A stretch of DNA of 64,000 nt from a virus. Taxonomy: Duplodnaviria > Caudoviricetes. Positions 35,922-45,900 of this stretch are shown here, in pieces. How positions within the stretch are numbered: position 1 is the first letter of the stretch; the number at the start of each line of letters is the position of its first letter. The position numbers and the translations under genes are program-made. The stretch is taken from the IMG/VR virus record IMGVR_UViG_3300038520_001354, positions 1 through 64,000 of that record; one strand, 5' to 3'. The notes under the pieces were generated by a model that searched no databases, was not told the origin of the DNA, and saw only the letters and a list, made by a program, of their open reading frames with translations.

Positions 35922-36409
35922 ATTTACTAACAAACAATTGGTCATCTAATGCCACTGCTTTAGTTAGTGCGGGAACGATTAGTGCTTCTCATGCAGTTAC
36001 TCCTGATTTTATTGATATTAGAACAATAACAAAAAATAAAGGTGTTAGGGTTGATTTAAGCCGCTCACCTGCCACTGTTGTTATATTTGAAGATTCACAA
36101 AGCATTGAATATCCTACTATTCACTATGATATAAGAAACGAGTCATACTCATTTACGCTTCATATTAGAGTTTTACATGAGGAAAGGGGTGGGGCTGATG
36201 CCGATTACGGGAAGGATAGGCTAAGGGCTATATACTTGATTCTCCGTAGGACTCTTGAAGGTAAGCGCAAAGGCTATACTGCAAGTGATGGCTCTAAGTT
36301 TAATCAATTATTTTTAGGTGCAAGAAGCGAAAGTAATGACCGAGCAAAGCGTTTATTTGGTTACAAAGTTACATTAGAAGCAAAAAGATTCGCATTAACA
36401 ATCCCTTAG
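35897..36409 (+). CDS. Probable tail terminator/completion protein
   Basis: Size, position before tail tube, GGAGG-GTG start. Confidence 0.55.
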   Translation: MDEVSLLIDLLTNNWSSNATALVSAGTISASHAVTPDFIDIRTITKNKGVRVDLSRSPATVVIFEDSQSIEYPTIHYDIRNESYSFTLHIRVLHEERGGADADYGKDRLRAIYLILRRTLEGKRKGYTASDGSKFNQLFLGARSESNDRAKRLFGYKVTLEAKRFALTIP

Positions 36410-36438
36410 TAAGTTTGTAAGGTAAAGGGGAGATTAAT

Positions 36439-38061
36439 ATGGCAAACACAGATATATTTTTAGGAAGCGGCGCAAGTATAACATTTATACCAGAAAATGA
36501 CATTTATGTTGGAGGACAACATACAAGTGGTTTAGCATTTAACGGTTCAAGAGGAACAGTTGATACAATTAGAGTGGATAGTGATTTTACTTCTTCTTTT
36601 TTGTTAGTAACTAATTTATACAAAGGCTGTCTATTAGAGCGTTATAGTTCTGGAAATGTCTTGCAATCAACTCATAGAATCTCTTCTAATACTTTAGAAG
36701 ATATTACTTTTACTCCAAGCCTTACTGATATTCCAGCAAATGATTACTTTGTAATTAAATCATACGGTGCGCCTGTTCCTGCACATAAAGACGGAACAGG
36801 TGGAACTGCAACAAAAAGACTTCTATCTGATGAATGGTTAGGTATTCTTGAAAGTGCAACATTCCCGACAACGGAAGTTGAAATGAAACAAACTAATCTT
36901 TCTCTTGGTGGCTCAAGAAACTTTACTTATCAGTATAAAGGAATTACATCTTTTTCGGGAGGTAATCTTGGTATTGTTGCTAATCATGGTGCATGGTTAT
37001 ATTACTTCTTAGGAAAGTGTGAAAAGATAAATGCTACCGTTGCTCAACCTGCCGCTACTCCAACTATTTATGCTAATGGTAATTCAGGAGATAATAATAA
37101 AATCTTTATTGAAGCAACAGGAGTTTCTGCGGGAACAGGTGTTGATATTACAGGAATTAGTGAAACCGGCCCACTATTTTTCAGACAAGATAATAATAAT
37201 AAGTTTTGTCCTCCGCTTTCACCGCATTTACATACATTAGCAGACATGGACACTTTAACAAGACCAAGCGGAGATACTACTATTTCTAATGCTATTACCT
37301 ATACTTTCGGTGAACAAAATGGCGACCTTTTACCTTCTTTTGCTCTTGAAAACAACTTTTCAAAGTTAGCAGGTTCTTCAAACATATACAGAACAAATAC
37401 TGCTTCAGAAGCAGAAGATTTGAATTTTGTAAAAATCGCTAGAGGTTGCAGAGTAAATACTCTAACTATGACCGCTAACGAAAATGAAGAAGTTAAAATG
37501 ACTTTGGATTTAAATACAAGAAATGTTCACGACTTAGCACAGGATGAAAGATATGATGCAAGAAAGGGAGTTGAAGCAGAAACTTCTTTCTTTAACTATG
37601 AATCTTCAACAAACACAGACCAAATGCGTGAACCATTCTTTTTCTCCGATGGAACATTTAAGGTATTGGGAGAATCTTTCCTTAAAATTAATACTTTAAC
37701 TTTAACTATGAATAATAATCTTCAAGATAGAAGATTCTTAGGAGTTGGTAGTAAAGATGTTCAAGAAGCAATTCCAGCACAAAGAACTTATGAGATTGCA
37801 TTTACAGGTCATGTAACCGATGATGCGCTATATACTGCTCTGTTGAATGATTCAGAAAACACTACTCAAACTATTGAATTAATCTTTACTAAATCAAATG
37901 GAGAATCTATTACATTAAAGTTTGAAGATTACTTTGTTTCTGCAAACAATTTCCCTATGACAGATGATAAAGGGCCAATTGTTGTTGAAGCAACAGTAAT
38001 GCCGAGAAACTTAGCAACAGATGGTTGCGTAGTTAAGACTCATTGGGTATTACAGGGGTGA
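36439..38061 (+). CDS. Major tail (tube) protein with extra N-terminal domain
   Basis: GCRVNTLTMT, LTMNNNL, QRTYEIAFT tail-tube pattern; upstream of chaperones and tape measure. Confidence 0.8.
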   Translation: MANTDIFLGSGASITFIPENDIYVGGQHTSGLAFNGSRGTVDTIRVDSDFTSSFLLVTNLYKGCLLERYSSGNVLQSTHRISSNTLEDITFTPSLTDIPANDYFVIKSYGAPVPAHKDGTGGTATKRLLSDEWLGILESATFPTTEVEMKQTNLSLGGSRNFTYQYKGITSFSGGNLGIVANHGAWLYYFLGKCEKINATVAQPAATPTIYANGNSGDNNKIFIEATGVSAGTGVDITGISETGPLFFRQDNNNKFCPPLSPHLHTLADMDTLTRPSGDTTISNAITYTFGEQNGDLLPSFALENNFSKLAGSSNIYRTNTASEAEDLNFVKIARGCRVNTLTMTANENEEVKMTLDLNTRNVHDLAQDERYDARKGVEAETSFFNYESSTNTDQMREPFFFSDGTFKVLGESFLKINTLTLTMNNNLQDRRFLGVGSKDVQEAIPAQRTYEIAFTGHVTDDALYTALLNDSENTTQTIELIFTKSNGESITLKFEDYFVSANNFPMTDDKGPIVVEATVMPRNLATDGCVVKTHWVLQG

Positions 38062-38065
38062 TTAT

Positions 38066-38200
38066 ATGGTTTCAAGATATGAAAAGAATCTTAGAAGAGT
38101 TGAGTTATCTAAAACTAAGAAAGAAAAAAAGGCTGAAGCAAAAGCCGCTAAGGAAGAAGAAAAGAAAGAAACTCCTAAGAAATCACAATTAGCAGAATAA
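38066..38200 (+). CDS. 44-aa K/E-rich peptide (not in ORF track)
   Basis: MVSRYEKNLRR...PKKSQLAE; GGGGTGA SD. Confidence 0.65.
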   Translation: MVSRYEKNLRRVELSKTKKEKKAEAKAAKEEEKKETPKKSQLAE

Positions 38201-38249
38201 TATTCCACCAACACCGTTTGTTTGTTTGTTGGTATAGAAGGTGGATAAT

Positions 38250-38615
38250 ATGTTAAACGATAAGAAAATTGTTACAGATAAGAGTGTGCTATTTGCACTA
38301 CAAGAGCCTACGCTACATTACATTAAAGTAGCACCCGATAAAGAAGAATACCTAAAAGTATGGGTAAAAGACCCCTCATGGTTAGAAGTTGATAAAGCCA
38401 TGAATAGTCTTATGGACATTGATGCAAAGTCGCAATCAGTGGACATTGACCTAAATGCTATGTTTAAGTATATGGTCGAAAATTTCGTTGTAAAGACTGA
38501 ACCGAGTCTTTCAGCAATTGATATTCTCAAATTGACCCCCTATGTGGGCAATCAACTAAAAGACATTCTTCCAAATCCTTTAGATATGGGAGATGATACA
38601 GAAAAAAACGATTAG
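38250..38615 (+). CDS. Tail assembly chaperone (gpG-like)
   Basis: Between tail tube and tape measure; ends in slippery A AAA AAC. Confidence 0.8.
   Translation: MLNDKKIVTDKSVLFALQEPTLHYIKVAPDKEEYLKVWVKDPSWLEVDKAMNSLMDIDAKSQSVDIDLNAMFKYMVENFVVKTEPSLSAIDILKLTPYVGNQLKDILPNPLDMGDDTEKND
38603..38609 (+). other. -1 programmed ribosomal frameshift site
   Basis: A AAA AAC in X XXY YYZ register; -1 frame is open into ORF 38615-38821. Confidence 0.85.
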
Positions 38616-38821
38616 TGGGAAGGGCTTTGAGGGGTTTTGAAACAACCCCTCAGATTTCTTCTCAATTAATTGTTTATTCGCTTGCACAGGCATTTAGCAT
38701 AAGCCCATTAGAGGTTTATGAAATGCCAGCATCATTAGTTATGGATATGTTAAGGATTCATAAGGAAGTTAAAATATTAGAAGCCGAGGAATATGAAAAG
38801 GCACAAAAACAAATTAAGTGA
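38615..38821 (+). CDS. Tail assembly chaperone frameshift extension (gpT-like)
   Basis: -1 frame relative to upstream gene; ISPLEVYEMP motif; no SD. Confidence 0.8.
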   Translation: MGRALRGFETTPQISSQLIVYSLAQAFSISPLEVYEMPASLVMDMLRIHKEVKILEAEEYEKAQKQIK

Positions 38822-38826
38822 TTAAT

Positions 38827-41091
38827 ATGGCTGATGCACTTGCCCTCGCTAAAAAAAATTCTGATATGTTGAATGCTTTAATTCAACAAACTACAAAACT
38901 CGCAAATGCTCAACAAATAGCAAATAGAGTTCAACAAGAATACACTAAAGGTGTTAAAGAAGATACCGAAGCAGAAGAACAAAACTTTGACGCATTAGAT
39001 AGAAGAACAAAAGCCATCAATCGTGCAATTGAAACGATGGAAGGCATGGGCAAACAGTTTGAATTGCTCAATTATCAAAGTTTACAAGCCTTTAGAGCCG
39101 AACAAGGTAATATATTCGAGTATCTCGATATGTTACTTACTTCAACTAAAGAACAAGTTAAGATATTAGGAATTGAAGCCGGAACTGCAAGAAGAGTTCT
39201 TTATGGGTTTTTTCCGCCCGGAATGTTTTCTTTAGTCAGTAAATTATCAACAGGAATGAAATTTGCAGGTGCAGTAACAAGAAAATTTACTACAACTACT
39301 GATGAAGCAGGAAAGAAACAAAAGAACCTATTCACTTTAATAGGTTCAGGATTAGGCGTTTTAACTAAGTTTAGGAAAAAAACAGAAGAAATAACTGAGG
39401 CTCAGGCTGCTGCTGAAATGGGTGAAACAACTAAAAAAGCAAAGAATACAAAAAGAGGAATGTTTGGAAATAAAAGAAATCAACCTGTCGCTCATAGAAG
39501 AAAGGCATCCGGTGATACAGAAGATTTTACAGAAGATTTCCTTAGCACAGTATTAAGTGCATCTCCCGAAGCCTTGTATAAAAATATGGAATTGGCTGAA
39601 AAAGCAAGTAAAGAATTAAAATTAAAAGAAGCGGCAGATGCAAAGAAAGCCGCTAAGAAAAAAATGGATATACAAAAACATGAGATTACTGCAACAAAAT
39701 CAAGATTAAAAGTTGCTAGGCGATTTGAAGAAAAAGAACTTAAAGAAGTAAATAAAATTAAAAAAGAATTATCTAAAGAAGCATATGATAAATCAGTAAG
39801 AAGAATAGAGCAACAAATGAAAAAACAAATAGAAGCAGAATATAAGAAAAAGAAACTTACTGATGAGCAAATAAAATTAATGGAATATGAAACTAATTTA
39901 GAAATTCAAAGAAGAACAGAAGCATATAGAATTGGTGAAAACACAAGAGATATTTTCAAACAAATGAGAGAATTAGATTTCAAAGACTTAGCAGAAAACT
40001 CAACCGCACTTAGCCATGCTGCTGATAAATTAGAACAAGCCTCAAAACTAACTAGCGAAAGAAAAGGACAAGTCGATGCAGCAAAAAAAGAATTTGATAA
40101 TTTAAAATCAATAAGAGATACCGCAGTTAATGATTCTAAAATACTTAAACAAACTGCAAAAAGAAGAAAGAAAGCAGATAAGAAGCAACAAAAAGTAATG
40201 GAAAAGCAAAAGAAAATTGCTGAAAAACAATACAAGTGGGCACAAATTAGAGCAAAAATAGAAGATATTCGAGAAAATAAATTAGGCCCATTAAAAGAAG
40301 GTCTTAAAATGTTTATGTTTGGTGTGATGAAAGCCATATTAATAATTGTTGCTGCTTTAATTGTTTTACAAGCATTATGGCCAAGTATTAAAAATATTAT
40401 AGGAACAGTTATATCAGTAATGATGTTTGGTATTGGTTTGGTAATGGAAGGAGTATTACAAATATTTGCGGGATTATATGGCGTTTACGAAGCACTAATG
40501 AGCGGAGATTTAATGGACTTACTTATGGCATTAGCAGATGTAGTGATAGGATTTGGAAAAGTATTTTTTGGATTATTAGTTGCTATATTTGGAACTCTTT
40601 TGACCTTTGTTGGGGCATTAGTTGTGGACTTATTAGGTAGGGCTAAAAATTGGTTTATGAGTTTAGGTAAAGACATTAAATCGGTTGGAAAAATAGTTGG
40701 TTTAATTTTGGCAGTTGCGGGAATGATAGTGGCTGCTATTATGGGTGCGCCTATTCTATTAATTGCTGGTATTGGTATATTGTTATATAAGGTAGGAAAA
40801 TATATTGTTAGCAAAATTCCCGGATTTTCGAATGGTGGTGTTTCAACAGGAGGATTAGCAGTTGTTGGAGAAAAAGGCCCAGAATTAGTTAATTTACCAA
40901 GAGGTTCAAGAGTTCATTCTAATTCTCAAAGTAAAAGAATGGTCAGTAGTTCGGGCACGACAAATAACTTTAATATCACCATTAATGCGAGAGATACTTC
41001 TGATTCTGAATTACGAAGAATAGCAGATAAGATAGGACAGATGGTAAATAGCAAAATTAATAGGACTACAAGTTCAGCAACAATGAGGTGA
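38827..41091 (+). CDS. Tape measure protein
   Basis: Long helical region, hydrophobic C-terminal repeats, IPGFSNGG..VVGEKGPELV tail motif. Confidence 0.88.
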   Translation: MADALALAKKNSDMLNALIQQTTKLANAQQIANRVQQEYTKGVKEDTEAEEQNFDALDRRTKAINRAIETMEGMGKQFELLNYQSLQAFRAEQGNIFEYLDMLLTSTKEQVKILGIEAGTARRVLYGFFPPGMFSLVSKLSTGMKFAGAVTRKFTTTTDEAGKKQKNLFTLIGSGLGVLTKFRKKTEEITEAQAAAEMGETTKKAKNTKRGMFGNKRNQPVAHRRKASGDTEDFTEDFLSTVLSASPEALYKNMELAEKASKELKLKEAADAKKAAKKKMDIQKHEITATKSRLKVARRFEEKELKEVNKIKKELSKEAYDKSVRRIEQQMKKQIEAEYKKKKLTDEQIKLMEYETNLEIQRRTEAYRIGENTRDIFKQMRELDFKDLAENSTALSHAADKLEQASKLTSERKGQVDAAKKEFDNLKSIRDTAVNDSKILKQTAKRRKKADKKQQKVMEKQKKIAEKQYKWAQIRAKIEDIRENKLGPLKEGLKMFMFGVMKAILIIVAALIVLQALWPSIKNIIGTVISVMMFGIGLVMEGVLQIFAGLYGVYEALMSGDLMDLLMALADVVIGFGKVFFGLLVAIFGTLLTFVGALVVDLLGRAKNWFMSLGKDIKSVGKIVGLILAVAGMIVAAIMGAPILLIAGIGILLYKVGKYIVSKIPGFSNGGVSTGGLAVVGEKGPELVNLPRGSRVHSNSQSKRMVSSSGTTNNFNITINARDTSDSELRRIADKIGQMVNSKINRTTSSATMR

Positions 41092-41095
41092 TAGT

Positions 41096-41749
41096 ATGGC
41101 TTTAAGTGGAGGGTATGCAGTTTATTTAAAATTAAATAAGTTTGATAGAGATACTAATGATTTATCAATAGATACTATTCCTTTAAGAGTAAATACTGTT
41201 CAAGTCAGTGTTAGCAGAACTGTTCCAGCATTTCCAATTCCTTTGTCTAGTTTAGCAAAAGGTGAATCTGTAACAGTTGGTGCTGATTTAGGTATGGCTT
41301 CAAAAACTATTTCTATAAATGGTTTTATTACTGAAACTACTTTAAGAAGAAGTCATAGTAAATCAAGCGGAAGTCCTGTTTCAAGAACATTTACTGCACA
41401 TGAAATTGCTCAAATGATTGCATCTAATGTTGATTCTGCCGGTATTGCACATTACCAGAACATAAATGAATTAACGGTATTTATTGATTCTGCTGTAAAT
41501 GGACAGTATCAACAAAGAGGAACTACAAATCCATTACATACCGTCAATATTCCTTTAAATTTTGCATCAAGAGGTAATCCTTTAGAAAAAGACAATGAAA
41601 GAGTTCCTTTTCCTCACACAACATTTCCTGAAAATGATTCAGAAGAAAGCATTAAGGGATTTATTGAAACATTTAATTTTACTTTAGATTCTGAAACTGT
41701 TGAAGTTGCTTTTGATTTATCATTTAGACAAGCGACTATTTTCCCATGA
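41096..41749 (+). CDS. Probable distal tail protein
   Basis: Follows tape measure; beta-rich. Confidence 0.55.
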   Translation: MALSGGYAVYLKLNKFDRDTNDLSIDTIPLRVNTVQVSVSRTVPAFPIPLSSLAKGESVTVGADLGMASKTISINGFITETTLRRSHSKSSGSPVSRTFTAHEIAQMIASNVDSAGIAHYQNINELTVFIDSAVNGQYQQRGTTNPLHTVNIPLNFASRGNPLEKDNERVPFPHTTFPENDSEESIKGFIETFNFTLDSETVEVAFDLSFRQATIFP

Positions 41750-41759
41750 GGTGATTAAA

Positions 41760-42911
41760 ATGTATGATGTTCATGTAGGAGAGCAAAAAAGTTTAGTATT
41801 TCCTATTATGTGCAATGCGTTTGTTTCTATCGGTTATAGCGATAATATCCCCGATGTGGAAGGCACTCCAAGTGACACAACTGATGATATTCCTTATGGG
41901 TTATGGGCGCACGAAGGCGACTTTTCCTTTGAAGCAATCGTAACTCCCTATGATATAAATGGTGAAGCATTAGCAAGGAGTAGGGCTAATTCTCAACCGG
42001 AAAAGGTCATGCCATTCGGTGCAAGTGGAACAAGTCAATCTAATTATGTTTTATCGGAAACAGGAGACGGAAGATTAAATCACGAAATGATTATATTTCA
42101 TAATACAAGGCTTTCTATTAGTTTAGTTAATACTACAACAACTACAATTAATCAACCTTCTGAATACAAAATAAGAGTTTCATTCCATGATGGGCCAACT
42201 GTAAATATTGATTCATCAACAGTAATTACTGCTTCTAAAGAAAGATTAGATACTTTAGGAGATACTACTTATAAAGAAGAAATAGATGGTTTTAATGAAA
42301 ATGGATATAAAGTATTTGATAATGTTGGACAAAATAGTTTAGTTACATCAAGTGCAGGACAACCCGATATTAATTTTAGTTTAAATGCAGGTGTTAGTGC
42401 GGTTTTTACCGATTTTATTCCTGTTGGTTCTGAATTATTTTTAAGAGATGGATTTACATTTACTTCTTTAGGGACTGTTTTATCTTTTCCGGGTGGTAAT
42501 GCTGTAAGAATGTCACAAAACTTAACTGCTGATTTAACTAACGGAACAGATATTTATATTGAATCATTTAAAGAACCAAAATATATTGAAAATACTCATC
42601 ACATTGCAGTTAGTTACTTAGATTCTGCAAAATTAGCAAATATATTTTATAATGGGAGATTAGTTGGTTCGGGAAAAAGAACTTCAAATGATGCTTTTGT
42701 TTTTGAAAGAAGTGATTTTTTAATAGGCAGGGAAAACACAAATAATTTAAATACAAGTAATTACGGTTATACTGCAAAACAATTTATGGGAGAAATGCAC
42801 GAAATGTGTTTTGAAAGAGTTTACAAAAATAAGTATTCTAATTTTAATACTCTTTTACCTAAATTTGATGAAACTTTATTATATTTAAGGTTTGAAGAGG
42901 TGGACTTATGA
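41760..42911 (+). CDS. Tail protein with split LamG/concanavalin-like domain
   Basis: FSFEAIV...HHIAVSY..IFYNG..FLIG..FMGEMHE. Confidence 0.7.
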   Translation: MYDVHVGEQKSLVFPIMCNAFVSIGYSDNIPDVEGTPSDTTDDIPYGLWAHEGDFSFEAIVTPYDINGEALARSRANSQPEKVMPFGASGTSQSNYVLSETGDGRLNHEMIIFHNTRLSISLVNTTTTTINQPSEYKIRVSFHDGPTVNIDSSTVITASKERLDTLGDTTYKEEIDGFNENGYKVFDNVGQNSLVTSSAGQPDINFSLNAGVSAVFTDFIPVGSELFLRDGFTFTSLGTVLSFPGGNAVRMSQNLTADLTNGTDIYIESFKEPKYIENTHHIAVSYLDSAKLANIFYNGRLVGSGKRTSNDAFVFERSDFLIGRENTNNLNTSNYGYTAKQFMGEMHEMCFERVYKNKYSNFNTLLPKFDETLLYLRFEEVDL

Positions 42912-45900
42912 CAGTTACAGTTACAGGTTTGCCTACAATTCATAATGCAGATATTGATGATAATTATAATGTTCCTACAAATCCGTTCTTTACTACTGCA
43001 ATAGCAGCAGATACAGATAGAGTCTTTGGTGTAGTAGTTGAAGATACTACTGATACTACAACAATAAATGAACCTATTTCAAGTGCAGGATTAGTTACTG
43101 AATATTCTAATTTAGAAAACACAAACGGTTTTACTATTCGTTGCTATAATTCTCACACTACAACAGGATTAAATTTAGCAAGTATAGATTTAACAGTAAA
43201 TGATTTTTTTGTTTTAGTCCATTCAGATGATGCTAATTTACACCATATGGCTAAGATAACAGAAATTAAATCAGCCGATGCAAGTGGAGATATGTTTGAG
43301 TTTGAACCGAAGTTAGGTAATCAAATAGCAAAAGATACTAAGTTTATGGTATTTAAAGGGCCAACAGTTAGTAATAAAGTTGTTGCTATTACTTGTGGTT
43401 TAATTGCAAATCCTCATAATGATGTAGTTTGTTCTAAGCCATTATGGTATTTCTATAATGATAAGTTAGATAAAAAGAATGAATTGAATCATAGCACTAA
43501 ATATTTAGTTAAAATGATGGATGCTAATAGTGGGGCAAGTCTTAATTTATCGAGTCCTACTTATACAGGTGCATTTGTCACTATAAATGAACATAGAAAT
43601 AAAATAGTTGATTACAGTAAGTTTTCTTATAATATTAAGACAAAGGACTTGCTTAGAACAAAAGACGACCCCGATAGTTCTAATTCTTTAAGGCATTCAG
43701 AAGGACAAACAAAATCATTCAATGCCGATAATTATACTACAAGTTTTTATAATGCAAGAAGAAGTGCAAGTAATGAAATAGCCGCCACTGATTATACAGG
43801 GCCACATAGATATTTAACTTACGCTACTTCTCCTAATTCTGTTAATTTACTTCCTGCTACATTAAATACATATGTTCAAGAAAGTATAGATGGAAAGGCT
43901 GGGTTTGCTGAAACAAAACTAATTGATGATGGTAATATTTATAGTAGTAAATTAAGTATAGGTGATAAATATACAGTAAGACAAGAAATAGATAGTGGCA
44001 CATTTGAAGAATGGGTCGAAATAGCGACTTTAGGAACATTGGGTGCAAGTGTATCAAATAGAAGAAGTTATAGTATTAAAAATACAAATGGACTTCCTTT
44101 AGATATGACTAAATACATTAATTCTAATGACGAAATTAAAATAGGAAATAGAATTTTAAGAGTCCATACTGTGTTTGCTACTGCTATTGATGTTTATGAT
44201 TTTAGTCGATTAGAGACAGATTCAATCTTTGACACTTCAACTACTATGGATAATTTGGCAGAAGATTCAAAGATTTATAGAAGAAGATTTAATGCTACTG
44301 ATAATACTTTATTGGTTGATTTTGATTTCAACGATAGCAATTATGACAGTTTAAAAGTAGTATTATATTCTGAAGCATATAAAACAACAGAAATATCTGT
44401 TGTCGAACCGGATGCAGGAGTTACTTCTAAACATAAACTTCTATTCTTAAATCAAGATAAAAACCATAGAGGAACTTTAAATTCAACAAGAACAGGACTT
44501 CAATATGCTAGAGGCAGTTATATTATACTAAACCAAGTATTTACAGGACAGGTTGAAAATATAGAAACTAAGATAGAAGATGGAGTAAGTTACTTATCTT
44601 TAGAAGGAAGAAATACTCTATCTAAATTGATAGACCCTATAACAAATAAAGATACTGTATTTAGTGAAGATATTATTTATAGTAGTAAAAGCCCATTTAA
44701 CGACTTAACTTCTAAGAGTGCTACTGCTACTATTGCGTTTAATAGTAAAACTATTTCAAGTATAAATCCTGTAAGTAGTTTTAATAAAAATGATAAAATA
44801 TGGGCAGGTGGATTTTTTGTAGGAGAAGTTTCTGCCGCAGTTACTAACTCATCAACAGTTGTATTATATGATTATCCTTTACATGAAGGAACAGGTCTTG
44901 CTATTTCTGTTGAAAATAATAAAAAATATATTTATAATAAGGCTCTTGCTTCTAATCCATTAATTACAAGTAGTAGTGACTTAAATGGTGCAAGTGATAA
45001 AGGGCTATTCTTTAAAACAGGAAATCGTCTAAGTGATAGTAATGGGGTTGCTACATTTAATGCTTTAACAGAATTTGAGCCTTTACCAGCAAGTAGTTCT
45101 TCAACTCACGCAAATGCAAGAGGATATGAAATTAATAAAATAGAAAATATATTAAGTGATTCTATCTTCTCTTCGTTAATAGATGGTTATGGTCAAGATA
45201 TATTAAACACACTGATAGACTTTAGTATCATTTCAGTTATTAAAAATAATAATGAAACTATTGTTAAATTAGCACCTTATGTTCCTCTTACATTAGGAAG
45301 AAGTCAGCCTAATTATGCTAATATAAACGATGCAGGAACTTATACAAGTTTAGGAACTTGTATTGATTTTGTTGATGGTGCTTCTTCAGGTCTTGGTGCA
45401 AGTTTTACTTCTGCGAATGCTAATAAAAACATTTCACATATTGATATTCACCCAACACCTTCTTCTGCTCAAAAAACTGCTTTGATGAAACTAAAAGCCG
45501 GAGATGCACTATATACTTCGACTGATTTTATAGGGAGAGTTGCTGTAAGTATGGCGGCTTCTGATACTATAATACTAGAAAGCCCTGTTCCTCCTTCTTT
45601 AGTCGCATTAAAGGAAATTTTTGTTCACAATATATCTTCTGCTAGTGACAAAAAACAACACGATTTAATGTTAACTAATGCAGAACACTTACATGGAGGA
45701 AAATTAATTACTTTATTAGGGCCAAAAAATAAAATATTAAACTATGAAATTTATAATAATGGTTCTGAACACACTTATTATGATACATTCGGGGCTTCTA
45801 TGTTTAGATTATTAAGCATAGAAAAAGGAAATATAGGGCCAACCTTCTCCTTTTTAAGAGGGGAACATAACGGAGATGTGGATAATAGAAATTTACCGAA

